From: Malacoraja senta
Taxonomy: Eukaryota
Length of the DNA stretch: 55,724 nucleotides
Direction: 5' to 3'
Assembly (NCBI GenBank): GCA_038087875.1
Contig: JAXLNO010000424.1
Location: 186,001-241,724 of the forward strand
Positions 21,546-34,110 of the stretch are shown one piece after another (position 1 is the first letter of the stretch; every line of letters starts with the position of its first letter). The position numbers and the translations under genes are program-made. The notes below the pieces were generated by a model. It was not told where the DNA came from. It saw only the letters and a program-made list of their open reading frames with translations, and searched no databases.

Positions 21546-22149
21546 TGAGTGAGACGGAGAGAGAGAGACAGAGACAGAGAGAAATGGAGAGGGAGACGGA
21601 GAGAGAGTGATAGAGAGATAGAGACAGAGAGACAGAGATAGAGAGAGAGAGAGAGAGAGAGACAGATAGATAGAGAGATAGACAGAGAGTGAGAGACAGA
21701 GACAGAGAGACAGACAGGGATGGAGAAATATGAGAGGCAGATAGAGAGACAGAGAGAGAGTGAGACAGAGAGTGAGAAAAAGACAGAAATATAGAGATAT
21801 GGAGAGAGATGGAGAGAGAGAGGGACAGAGAGGGAGACGGAGAGAGAGAGACGGTGAGAAAGCCAGAGCGAGAGAGACAGAGAGACAGACAGAGAGGAAC
21901 AGAGATAGAGAGAGACAGAGAGAGGGGCATAGAGAGGGGCAGAGAGAGATAGGAGAGAGGGCGGCACAGAGAGAGAGAGAAAATCAGAGAGAGAGAGATG
22001 CAGAGAGAGACAGAGGGAAACGGAGAGAGAGACAGAAAGAGAGATAGAGAGACAGAGAGAGAGTGGGAGAAAGAGAGAGAGACGGATAGAGAGAGAGAGA
22101 GACAAATGGAGAGAGTGATACAGAGATGGAGAGAGACAGAGAGAGAGAC

Positions 22150-22180
<31 letters not shown>

Positions 22181-22876
22181 AACAGAGAGAGACAGTCGGT
22201 GAGAGATGGAGTGAGACAGAGAGAGAGGCAGAAAGAGACAGTGGGGGAGAGAGAGACAGAGGGAGATAGAGAGAGGGAGGCAGAGAGAGAGGGGGAGAGA
22301 GAAACAGAGAGAGACAGAGAGAGAGAGACAGAGAGAACCAGAGAGAGAAACAGAGAGAGACATAGAGAGGGGCAGAGAGATAGAGAGAGAGAGACAGTGA
22401 GAGAAACAGAGCAAGAGAGAGACAGAGAGAAATGGAGTGAGGGAGACAGAGACAGAGACAGAGAGAGAGAGAGAGAGGGAGAGAGAGAGGGAGAGAGAGA
22501 GAGAGAGAGAGAGACGAAGAGACAGAGAGTGACAGACAGAGAGAGAGAGGGAGAGATGGGGAGATAGGGGGTGTGACAGAGAGAGAGAGAGTGTGTGAGA
22601 GAGAGACAGAGAGGCAGAAAGAGAGGGAGAAAGAGACATAGAGAGAGAAAGACACACGCAGAGGGAGAGACAGAGAGAGAGAGGAACAGAGAGAGGGACA
22701 GAGAGAGCGACAGAGAAAGCGAGCAAGAAAGAGAAGAGGGTGAAAGAGGGAGAACGAGAGGGAGAGTCAGAGAGAGGGACAGAGACAGAGAGAAACAGAG
22801 AGAGACAGAGAGGGGCAGAGAGAGAGAGAGAGAGGCAGAGATAGAGAAAGAAAGACAGAGAGAGGGAGAGCCAGAC

Positions 22877-22941
<65 letters not shown>

Positions 22942-25900
22942 CAGGCAGAGAGAGAGAGAAACGGAGAGAGCATGAGACAGATAGAGATGGAGAGACGGAA
23001 AGAGAGAGGGACGGAAAGAGAGAGAGAGAGATAAAGAGAGAGAGAGTCAGTGAGAGACGGAAAGATACAGAGATAGATGCAGAAGGAGAGACAGTGGGAG
23101 AGAGAGAGTGAAAGAGAGAGAGACACAGAGGGAGAGAGAGAGGGCGAGACAGATATAGACACAGAGAGAGACACTGAGAGAGAGAGGGTGAGAGAGAGAA
23201 AAGGGGAGAGAGAGAGTGAGAGACAGAGAGAGAAAGAGAGAGAGAGTGGGGCAGAGAGAGAGGCAGGGTGAGGGAGAGAGAAAGAGAGAGAAAGAGAGGG
23301 AGACAGATAGAGAGAGACAAAGAGAGAGACAGACAGAGAGAGAGAGGGAGCGAGAGAGAGAGGGAGAGACTGAGGTAGAGAGAGACAGAGAGAGAGGGAG
23401 TGATAGAGAGAGACAGTGTGAGAGAGAGACAGAGAGAGACACAGTGAGAGACAGACAGAAATAGACAGAAAGGGGGAGAGAGAAGCACAGAGAGAGAGGG
23501 AGACAGAGGGAGAGACAGAGAGAGAGAGGGAATGAGAGAGACAGAGAAACAGAGAGAGAGAGAGAGACAGAGAAACAGAGATAGACATATACAATGACAG
23601 AGCGAGACAGAGAAAGAGAGAGAGGGAGAAGGAAGATAGAGACAGAAAGAGAGAGAGTGTTTAATGTTTAATGTGTATATCAACGTTTAATGTATACTGT
23701 TTATACATATGTATAATGTATATATCAGCGATTTGGCAGTAAAGCTGGACCAGAGCACAGCGCCGGGCCTCTGTCTTCTGGACGGAGAGGTAAAATCCCT
23801 GTTTTATGCGGATGACTTGGTTCTGCTGTCCCCCACAGAACAGGGACTGCAGCAACAGTTGGACCTACTTGATGAGTACTGCCAAAATTGGGCCCTGGCA
23901 GTAAATCTAAAGAAAATCAACATCATGAGTTTTCAGAAAAGACCCAGATGTCAGGAAGATAAATACAAATTTACTCTCAATGGTATTATTATCGAACACA
24001 CTATCAGCTATACTTACCTTGGTCTAACTGTTGCAGCATCAGGGAGCTTCAACATGGCAATAAATACACTAAAAGAGAAAGCTCGAAGAGCTCTGTATGC
24101 AATAAACAGAAGATTCTACAACATCCAAATTCCAATTAAAAGCTGGCTTAAAATATTTGACAGCGTAATCCAGCCTGTTGCGCTTTATGGTAGTGAAGTA
24201 TGGGGTCCGCTCAGTCACCATCGTTATAGTAAATGGGAAAAACATACAACGGAGACCCTGCATGCGGAATTTTGTCGGAACATCCTCCACATCCAAAGGA
24301 AAACACCAACAAACGCATGTAGGGCGGAATTAGGCAGATACCCACTGATAATAAATATCCAGAAAAGAGCACTAAATTTTTGGAATCACCTTAAATCTAG
24401 CCCCGCAGATATCCTCCAGTTTAAAGCCCTTAAAACACAAGAGGGGAGCCCAGAAAAGAGTTCCCTGTGTCAGTTGCTACTGAGACTAACTACCCCTATT
24501 CAGTTAAACCCCATCCAGTTAAATCCTGACCAGCCTCAGATCAATACTGATCCCGAATCACCAGTTAGAGTGAACCAAATTATCAAACAATGTAAAGAAA
24601 CGTATTTGGAACATTGGGATAAAGAAACCAAAAGCCAAAGCAGATTAGAATGATACCGTGCCCTAAAAAGAGATTATAAATTGGCAGACTATCTCTCAAC
24701 TGTTAGAGACATAAAGCAGAGACAGACCCTCACCAAATACAGGCTAAGTGACCACTATTTGGCAGTTGAAAAAGGAAGACAGAAGAGATTCTGGCAATCA
24801 AGAGAAAGCAGAATATGCGGCCACTGTTTGACAGATGAGGTTGAAACAGAGGTGCACTTCCTCCTAAAATGCAAAACAATTTACGAAACAAGGAAAACAT
24901 ACTTTGACAAACTCAGGCTGGCAACCCCTGATTTTAAAGAACTAGTTGATACATCAAAACTAAGAATAATCCTTGGTGAAGGAAGTACGGCACATCTTGG
25001 TGCACAATACGTAACAGCATGCCATAACCTGAGAGACGGTGAATGACCAATATGTACATATGTACGCACACACTAATTGACATTAACTGACACTAAGAAA
25101 TTAATATTGAATTGCTAAACTTGCTATTCTGTTGTACTGCTTACAGCTGCAAGAACGTGTAGCAATCAATAAAGGGCGATAGGCCTATTGCGAGTTTATG
25201 TACAGGGACATATCTATCCATGCACTATACTTGTATTTATACTTATGCATTTTAAATATGTGTCATGTTTTATACTTTGGCAATATAACAATGTATTGTT
25301 TATCATGCCAATAAAGTTTTAAATTGAAATTAAAAATTGAGAGAGACAGAGAGTGAGAGACAGAGTGACAGAGAGGGAGAGAGAGAGAGAGAGAGACAGA
25401 GAGAGGGGGAAAGACAGAGTCAGGGAGAAAGAGAGAGATAGAGAGAGAGACAGCGGGAGAGAGAGGGAGAGAGAGAGACAGAGAGAGACAGAGAGAGAGA
25501 TTCAGAGGGAAAGAGAAGGAGAGAGACAGACAGAGATGGAGAGAGACAGAGAAAGAGATACAGAGACAGAGAGAGACGTGGGAGAGAAACAGAGAGACAC
25601 ATAGGGAGAGACAGAGAGAGGAAAGAGATAGAGAGAGAGACTGAGTTAGAGAGAGAGACAGATGCAGAGAGAGGGAGAGAGAGGGAGGGACAGAGAGAGA
25701 TAGAGAGAGGGACAGAGAGAGAGATACAGAGAGAGAGAGAGAGAGAGAGAGAAACAGAGAGAGAGAGACAGAAAGACGGAGAGAGACAGGGGGAGAGCAA
25801 GGGCGACAGAGAGAGTGAGAGAGACAGATAGAGAGAAAAAGAAAGATAGAGAGAGAGACAGAGAGAGAGAGAGAGGGAGAAAGACAGTTACAGAGAGAGA

Positions 25901-25992
25901 GAGAGAGACGAGAGGGACAGAGAGAGGGAGAGACAGACAAAGAGAAAGAGAGAGAGAGACAGAAAAAAAGAGAGACAGACACAGAGAGAGAG
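21460..25992. repeat. Long degenerate (GA)n microsatellite, split by an RTE-X insertion
   Basis: GA/GACA low complexity at 21460-23658 and 25340-25992. Confidence 0.97.
23660..25340 (+). mobile_element. 5'-truncated RTE-X-like LINE
   Basis: YADD, YTYLG, LYGSEVWG, ACRAELGRYPL, LAVEKGR and RICGHC...ETEVHFLLKC; one in-frame TGA at 24651; aataaa followed by an (aattga)-type tail. Confidence 0.8.
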
Positions 25993-26127
25993 AGTGCTGG
26001 AGTAACTCAGCGGGTCACGCAGCATCTGTGGAGAAGATAGACACAAAGTGCTGGAGTAACTCAGCGGGTCAGGCAGCATCTGTGGAGAGAAGGAATGGGT
26101 GACATTTTGGGTCGAGACCCTTCTTTG

Positions 26128-26432
26128 GTTTAGTTTAGTTTAGAGATGCAGCGCGGAAACAGGTCTTTCGGCCCACGGACTCCGCGCCGACCAGCGATCA
26201 CCCCGTACACTAGCACTATCCTAAGCACATTAGGGACAATTTAATGGAGGCCGATTAATCTACAACCATGAACGTCTTTGAAATGTTGGAGGAAACCGGA
26301 GCACCCGGAGTAAAAACCCACGCAGGTCAAGGGGAGAACGTACAAATTCCGCACAGACAGCACCCATAGTCAGGATCGTACCTGGGTCTCTGGCGGTGAG
26401 GCAGCAACTGTACCGCTGCGCCTCTGTGCCGC
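26128..26432 (-). mobile_element. tRNA-derived V-SINE (HE1-like)
   Basis: Reverse-complement homolog of 3383-3682, at the same position relative to the ZNF exon. Confidence 0.8.
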
Positions 26433-26653
26433 GCAGAATTATATAACGGTTTCCTCTGCCATAAACGCACCCAATATGTGCTAGTAATGTCCTGTTTGCC
26501 ACCTCTGTGTTCCCTTCCTGCAGGGTTCAGGAGCCGTTGCTGTGGACGGAGAGACGGGGACGTGAGCGGCCATTGAGGGTGGCCAGGGTGCCGGTGAGCC
26601 CCCTTCCCCCATCTGCTCGGTGTGCAGGCTGCGCTTCGAGGGGCTGAGCTTCG

Positions 26654-28132
26654 ATGGAGGACCACATGAGGGGGCACAACAAGGAGAAGCGTTATGAGTG
26701 CGACGTGTGTGGCAAGGCGTGTCATCACCCGAGCCTGCTGGAGATCCACCAGCGGGTTCACACGGGAGAACGCCCCTTCGACTGCTCGGAGTGCGGCAAG
26801 AGCTTCAAGTCGTCGCCGGAACTGAAGGTGCACAGGCGCCTGCACACCGGGGAACGACCCTACACCTGCAGCGACTGCGGCAAGGGCTTCACCCAGTCCG
26901 GTCACCTGCTGTCCCACCAGCACACCCACACCGGCGAGTGCCCCTACACCTGTGCCCAGTGCGGCAAAGGCTTCACCCGCTCCAGCAATCTGCTGGAGCA
27001 CCAGCACACCCACACTGGCGAGCGCCCCCACACCTGTACCCAGTGCGGCAAGGGCTTCACCCGCTCCAGCCACCTGCTGCCCCACCAGCGCTCCCACACT
27101 GGTGAGCGCTCCTACACCTGCGCCCAGTGCGGCAAGGGCCTCACCACCTCCAGCCAGCTGCTGTCCCACCAGCAAACCCACACCGGCGAGCGCCCCTACA
27201 CCTGCAGCGACTGCGGCAAGGGCTACAAGTCGTCGCCGGAACTGAAGGTGCACAGGCGCCTGCACACTGGGGAACGACCCTACACCTGCAGCGAATGCGG
27301 CAAGGGCTTCTCCCAGTCCGGCCACCTGCTGTCCCACCAGCACACCCACACCGGCGAGCGCCCCTACACCTGCGCCCAGTGCGGCAAAGGCTTCACCCGC
27401 TTCAGCACACTGCAGGTGCACCTGCGCACCCACACCGGCGAGCGCCCCTACACCTGCGCCCAGTGCGGCAAGCGCTTCACCCACTCCGCCAATCTGCAGG
27501 TGCACCAGCGCACCCACACCAGCGAGCGCCCCTACACCTGTACCCAGTGTGGCAAGGGCTTCACCCAATCCAGCAATCTGCTGTCCCACCAGCGCACCCA
27601 CACCGGCGAACGCCCCTACACCTGTACCCATTGCGGCAAGGACTTCACCCACTCCAGCAATCTGCTGTCCCACAAGCGCACCCACACCGGCGAACGCCCC
27701 TACACCTGCACCCAGTGCGGCAAGGGCTTCACCCAGTCTAGCAACCTGCTGTTCCACCAGCGCACCCACACAGGGGAGCGCCCCTACACCTGCACCAAGT
27801 GCGGCAAGGGCTTCACCCAGTCCGGTCACCTGCTGTACCACCAGCGCACCCACACTGGTGAGCGACCCTACACCTGCGCCCAGTGCGGCAAGGGCTTCAC
27901 CCGCTCCACCAATCTGCTGTCCCACCAGCAGGTGCACGCCGGCGACTGTCCCGTCCCCAGCCCGGTGTGTGGAGAGCGCTTTACCATGGGCTCCCACCCC
28001 CTGTCTCACCAGCAGGTGCACAAAAGTGGCCAGCCCTACGACTGCCCGTACTGCGGTGAGCAGTTTGACAGCTCGCGGGGGTTGCGGCAGCACCGGCGTG
28101 CCCACGCCGGCGAGCAGCTGCTCCCACTGTGA
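26654..28132 (+). CDS. Multi-C2H2 zinc-finger protein, 492 aa (16 intact plus 1 degenerate finger, no KRAB/SCAN/BTB)
   Basis: Uninterrupted ORF MEDHMRGHNKEKRYECDVCGK...; TGERPY linkers; strong acceptor ctctgtgttcccttcctgcag ending at 26523 upstream. Confidence 0.93.
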   Translation: MEDHMRGHNKEKRYECDVCGKACHHPSLLEIHQRVHTGERPFDCSECGKSFKSSPELKVHRRLHTGERPYTCSDCGKGFTQSGHLLSHQHTHTGECPYTCAQCGKGFTRSSNLLEHQHTHTGERPHTCTQCGKGFTRSSHLLPHQRSHTGERSYTCAQCGKGLTTSSQLLSHQQTHTGERPYTCSDCGKGYKSSPELKVHRRLHTGERPYTCSECGKGFSQSGHLLSHQHTHTGERPYTCAQCGKGFTRFSTLQVHLRTHTGERPYTCAQCGKRFTHSANLQVHQRTHTSERPYTCTQCGKGFTQSSNLLSHQRTHTGERPYTCTHCGKDFTHSSNLLSHKRTHTGERPYTCTQCGKGFTQSSNLLFHQRTHTGERPYTCTKCGKGFTQSGHLLYHQRTHTGERPYTCAQCGKGFTRSTNLLSHQQVHAGDCPVPSPVCGERFTMGSHPLSHQQVHKSGQPYDCPYCGEQFDSSRGLRQHRRAHAGEQLLPL

Positions 28133-29264
28133 CAAGAGAGCATGGGGGCTGCGGGAGCACCAGCGGATACACACCGGAGAGACACCCTTTGTGTGCGCTG
28201 AGTGTGGCAAGGGTTTCACCCAAATGTCCAGCTTGTGGCAGCACCGGCGTACCCACAGCGGTGAGCGTCCCTTCCCCTGCCCGTCCTGTGGAAAGGGCTT
28301 CACCCGCCTTGACCACCTGCTGGAGCACCGGCGAGTCCACACCGGCCAGCACCCCTTCACCTACCCGCTCTGTGGCAAGGCCTTTGCCCGCTCCTCCAGC
28401 CTGCTGGCGCACCGTTGCTTTTAAATTTGCTGAATAACAGAAAGCAGTAAAATTTAAAAGATAATTTTCCCAGCAGAATAAAGTTATGGAAATCTTAGAA
28501 GCTTGGTTTGTACTAATCATTCAAACAATGTATTGACAATGTATTAACATAGAGATGTATTGTCTGGGCACAGCACCATATTAGATACGTGTCTGAACTG
28601 CCTGTCCCAGCTAAGGACAAGGTAGTGGCTTTACCAAGTCTTACAAGCTTGTTTTAGTTCACAGACGGATGCCCATTCTGGAACCAAGATGGAAGTCATT
28701 TGAAAACAAAATGGAGTTAGATGTCCTTCCGGAATGGGCAGCTGTACTGAAGCTGTGCCAAGATTTGAGAATAAGGCTGACATAGCAAATATATGGGTCC
28801 AGCCTCCCTTGTTTCCCTTAGGCTACGGATCTTTCACTCAGATTTAGGTGTGTTTTATTGATAAGAAAATGTATAATTACACAAACTTTCCTTTGTTCTT
28901 TGAGTGGAGCCCGAGAAGCATTGAGCAACGTGTGTGCCCTTTGTAGATCTCGCCACTCCCCTCTGGCAAATTGATTAAAAGATTGCTTTGGTTTACCTTT
29001 AACAATTTTGTTGCTGTCTGCTTTCATTAAGAGACGAACTTTGACAACTGTGCTCTTTAGAATTCTTCAGAATTAAGGTTGCACTATCACTAATGAAAGA
29101 AAATGCCAACCATCTCCAGAAATGATAAAAAATTATTCTCGCCTCCATGCATATTTGTCGCCGTAGGGCAGTCGGACACCTCCCCGCTACTTCAAAGATA
29201 GTTCCTGCACTTGGCAATATCGTTTGGTGTTTGGCGGCAGCAGGGCGACAGGCAGCCCGGCACC

Positions 29265-30001
29265 CGGGTGAATCACCCCATTGTGGGGGTCCGGGGGGTG
29301 GGGGGGTGAATCACCCCATTGTGGGGGTCCGGGGGGGTGAATCACCCCATTGTGGGGGTCCGGGGGTGAATCACCACGGTGTGGGTGTCGAGGGAGGTTA
29401 ATTTATCCAGTGTGTGGGTCGGGGGGGGGGGGTGAATCACCCTGGTGTGGGGGTCGTGGTGCCGGTGCAGCTCGGTCAGTGACTCTGGGTGACGGGGATG
29501 TTGCCGGGTGTATGGCCCCGTGTGTCCGCTGCCCGGAGCCGCAACCCCGTTCCACCCGGCCCCGTGTGTGTGTGTGCGCTGACGGCCCACAGCCCGTGAC
29601 AGTGTGGTGGGAGCCAGGCCAGCTTGGGGAAGTAAGGTGGATGTGAGGTAGCCAGCTTGGGGGCGTAAGGGGAATGGGAGGTAGCCAGCTTGGGGGTGTA
29701 AGGGAAATGGGAGGTAGCCAGCTTGGGGGAGTAAGGGGAATGGGAGGTAGCCATCTTGGGGGAGTAAGGGGAATGGGAGGCAGCCAGCTTGGGGGAGTAG
29801 GAGATGGGAGGTAGCCAGCTTGGGGGAGTAAGGGGAATGGGAATGAGCCAGCTTGGGGGAGTAAGCGGTGGGAGCCAGGCCAGCTTGGGGGAGTAAGGGG
29901 AATGGGATGTAGCCTGCTTGGGGTAGGAAGGGGGATGGGAGATAGCCAGCTTGGGGGAGTAAGGGGGGTGGATGGGAGGTAGCCAGCTTGGGGGAGTAAG
30001 G
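29265..30001. repeat. Two G-rich minisatellites
   Basis: gggtgaatcaccccattgtgggggtccggg about x4 (29265-29455); ggtagccagcttgggggagtaaggggaatggga about x11 (29610-30001). Confidence 0.9.
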
Positions 30002-30408
30002 GACAGGCGGAACTGATAGACCCGCGACAACATTGCTGCCACGAGGAGCAGCACCAACACTCACCGCCTTCCTGTCCTATCTCGGGCCTGGACCAGCGAG
30101 GATGCTGCTGTCGTTCACCTCCGCGCGTGGCCTCATCCGTGGCCGTTGCCGCCGACCTTCACCGACTCACCGACAACGCCGACCCTCGCTGCCTTCCCGT
30201 TCATCCGCTGACCGACACTTCGCCTGCGTGCCATTCCACTCCCCGTGGGCCTCGACCAGCCCTGGCCGCTCCACCACCCACCAGTGGGCAGCAGCCGTCG
30301 CCTTACCAGAGTCTTACCGCGCCTGGAGTCTCCACGCTGCACACTCTCACACCACATGTCTGACCGCGCTGGGACCTAAAGCTCCCCCTCCTCCCACAGG
30401 AACGCTCA

Positions 30409-33400
30409 ATAGGCAATCGGTGCAGGAGTAGAGGCCATTCGGCCCTTCGAGCTAGCACCGCCAATCAATGTGATCATGGCTGATCATCCCCAATCAATAC
30501 CCGCTAGAATTTAGAAGATTGAGGAGGGATCTTATAGAAACTTACAAGATTTTTAAGGGGTTGGACAGGCTAGATGCAGGAAGATTGTTCCCGATGTTGG
30601 GGAAGTCCAGAACAAGGGGTCACAGTTTAAGGATAAGGGGGAAGTCTTTTAGGACTGAGATGAGAAAATAATTTTTCACACAGAGAGTGGTGAATCTGTG
30701 GAATTCGCTGCCACAGAATGTAGTTGAGGCCAATTCATTGGCTATATTTAAGAGGGAGTTAGATGTGGCCCTTGTGGCTAAAGGGATCAGGGGGTATGGA
30801 GAGAAGGCAGGTACAGGATACTGAGTTGGATGATCAGCCATGATCATATTGAATGGCGGTGCAGGCTCGAAGGGCCGAATGGACTACTCCTGCACCTGTT
30901 TTCTATGTTTCTATGTTACCCTGTTCCTGCCTTCTCCCCATATCGCCTGAGTCCGCTATCTTTAAGAGCTCTATCTAGGTCTCTCTCGTAGAAAAATAGA
31001 AACATAGACAATAGGTGCAGGAGTAGGCCATTCGGCCCTTCGTGCCTGCACCGCCATTCAATATGATCATGGCTGATCATCCAACTCAGTATCCTGTACC
31101 TGCCTTCTCTCCATACCCCCTGATCCCTTTAGCCACAAGGGCCACATCTAACTCCTTCTTAAATATAGCCAATGAACTGGCCTCAACTACCTGCTGTGGC
31201 AGAGAATTCCAGAGATTCACCACTCTCTGTGTGAAAAATGTTTTTCTCATCTCGGTCCTAAAAGACTTCCCACTTATTCTTAAACTGTGACCCCTTGTCC
31301 TGGACTTCCTCAACATCGGGAACAATCATCCTACATCTAGCCTGTCCAACCCCTTAAGAATGTTGTACGTTTCTATAAGATCCCCCCTCAATCTTCTAAA
31401 TTCTAGCGAGTACATAGAAACATAGAAACATAGAAATTAGGGGCAGGAGTAGGCCATTCGGCCCTTCGAGCCTGCACCGCCATTCAATATGATCATGGCT
31501 GATCATCCAACTCCGTATCCCGTACCTGCCTTCTCTCCATACCCTCTGATCCCTTTAGCCACAAGGGCCACATCTAACTCCCTCTTAAATATAGCCAATG
31601 AACTGGCCTCGACTACCCACTGTGGCAGAGAGTTCCAGAGATTCACCACTCTCTGTGTGAAAAAAGTTCTTCTCATCTCGGTTTTAAAGGATTTCCCCCT
31701 TATCCTTAAGCTGTGACCACTTGTCCTGGACTTCCCCAACATCGGGAGCAATCTTCCTGCATCTAGCCTGTCCAACCCCTTAAGAATTGTGTAAGTTTCT
31801 ATAAGATCCCCTCTCAATCTCCTAAATTCTTGAGAGTACAAGCCGAGTCTATCCAGTCTTTCTTCATATGATAGTCCTGACATCCCAGGAATCAGTCTGG
31901 TGAACCTTCTCTGTACTCCCTCTATGGCAATAATGTCCTTCCTCAGATTAGGAGACCAAAACTGTACGCAATACTCCAGGTGTGGTCTCACCAAGACCCT
32001 GTACAACTGCAGTAGAACCTCCCTGCTCCTATACTCAATCCTTTTGCTATGAATGATCACATACTCGAAAGTATCCATAGAACCAGACTCCACCGCCCTC
32101 TGAGGCAGAGAATTCCACAGACGCACAACACTCTGTGTGAAAAAGTGTGTCCTCATCCCCATTCTAAATAGCTTACCTATTATTCTGAAACTGTGGCCCC
32201 TGGTTCTGGACTCCCGCAACATGTTTCCTGCCTCTAGCGTGTCCAAACCCTTAATAATCTTATATGTTTCAATAAGATATCTTCTCATCCTTCTAAACTC
32301 CAAAGTATACAAGCCCAGCCGTTCCATTCTCTCAGCATATGACAGTCCCGCTATCCCGCGAATTATCGTTGTGAACCTACGCTGGGCTCCCTCAATAACA
32401 AGAATGTCTTTCCTCAAATTTGGAGAACAAAGCTGCACACAATACTCCAGGTGTGGTCTCACCAGGGCCCTGTACAACTGCAGGGCTCCTACTTACTCCC
32501 CCAAGCTGGCTAACTTTGCTCCTATACTCAGCTCCTCTTGTTATGAAGGCCAACATGCCATTTGATATCTTCACTGCCTGCTGTAACTGCATGCTTACTT
32601 TAATTGACTGATGAACAAGGACCCCCAGATCCCGTTGTACTTCCCCTTTTCCATTGACACCATTCAGATAATAATCTGCATTCCTGTTTTTGCAACCAAA
32701 GTGGATAACCTCACATTTATCCACATTAAACTGCATCTGCCATGCATCTACCCATTCACCCAACCTGTCCAAGTCACCCTGCATTCTCATAGCATCCTCC
32801 TCACAGTTCACACTGCCACCCAGCTTTGTGTCACCTGCAAATTTGCTAATGTAATCCCTTCATCTAAATAATTGATGTATATTGTAAATATCTGCGGTCC
32901 CAGCACCGAGCCTTGCGGTACCCCACTAGTCACTGCCTGCCATTCTGAAAGGGACCCGTTAATCCCTACTCTTCGTTTCCTGTCTGCCAACCAATTTTCT
33001 ATCCATGTCAGCACTCTACCCCCAATACAATGTGCCCTAAATTTGCCCACTAATCTCCTATGTTAATCTCCAAGGTTAATTCCCGGGATGGCGGGACTGT
33101 CATATGCTGAGAGAGTGGAGCAGCTGGGCTTGTACACTCTGGAGTTTAGAAGGATGAGAGGTGATCTCATTGAAACATATAAGATTGTTAAGGGTTTGGA
33201 CACACTAGAGGCAGGAAACATGTTCCCGATGTCGGGGGAGTCCAGAACCAGGGACCACAGTTTAAGAATAAGGGGTAAGCCATTTAGAATGGAGACGAGG
33301 AAAGACTTTTTCTCACAGAGTGGTCAGTCTGTAGAATTCTCCGCCTCAGAGGGCGGTGGAGCCCGGTACTCTGGATGCTTTCAAGAGAGCTAGATAGGGC

Positions 33401-33536
33401 TCTTAAAGATAGCGGAGTCAGGGGATATGGGGAGAAGGCAGGAACGGGGTACTGATTGTGGATGATCAGCCATGATCACATTGAATGGCTCGAAGGGCCG
33501 AATGGCCTACTCTGGCATCTATTGTCTATTGTCTAT
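30409..33536. mobile_element. Cluster of nested CR1 LINE 3' fragments
   Basis: Pieces: 30409-30503 and 30917-30986 (-), 30504-30916 (+), 30990-31412 (-), 31413-32060 (-), 32061-33063 (-; [11 protein letters not shown]), 33071-33536 (+). Each has CR1 C-terminal motifs and/or ttctat/gtctat tails. Confidence 0.9.
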
Positions 33537-34110
33537 CACAGGTAACAGAATACTGACCGACATCTACTACAAACCCACTGACGCCCATGGCTATCTGGAC
33601 TACACTGGCCACATCTGAGCCCAGGATGAAGTGTTCCAAACCAGGGCATCGGAGATGTCCTCATTCTTTAGGGAATGGGGGTTCCCCTCTTCTACTATAG
33701 ATGAGGCTCTTATCAGGGTCTCCTCAATATCCCACAGTCCCGCTCTTACTCCCCATCCCCCTACTCGTAAAAAGGACAGTCCCCCATGTCCTCACCTTCC
33801 ACCCTACCAGCCGTCACATACAACAGTTAATCCTCCAACATTTTCGCCACCTCCAACGGGATCCCACCACTGGCCTCATCTTCCCAATCTCCAATTTCAG
33901 TGGTTTCTCCCTCCTTCCCCTTCCCAGCTCTACCACAGCCTAATGTCTCTGCCTTTTCTTTTCTTCCCCCCCCCCAAAACTTCAGTCTGAAGAAGGGTCT
34001 CGACCTGAAACGACACCTATCCCTTCTCTCCATAGATGCTGCCTCACCCGCTGAGTTACTCCAGCATTTTTCTCCAGCTTCGATTTTTCCAGCATATGCA
34101 ATTCTTTCTT
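33537..34110 (+). mobile_element. Penelope-like element remnant
   Basis: TDIYYKPTD.HGYLDYT, EMSSFF..GFP and VLTFHPTS..IQ..ILQHFRHLQRDPTT, followed by a pLTR-like end with ctgaagaagggtctcgacctgaaa. Confidence 0.75.

Noticed and set aside
21404..23683. 759-aa Ser/Leu ORF and overlapping Glu/Arg ORFs
   Set aside because: Translations of GA/CT microsatellite; the same applies to 3545-3998, 9366-10005 and 25263-25982.
26327..28360. 677-aa antisense ORF, and 2048-3189 plus-strand ORFs
   Set aside because: Shadow frames of GC-rich zinc-finger repeats.
31503..32477. 324-aa ORF with a duplicated domain
   Set aside because: Chance in-frame fusion of two adjacent CR1 3' fragments.
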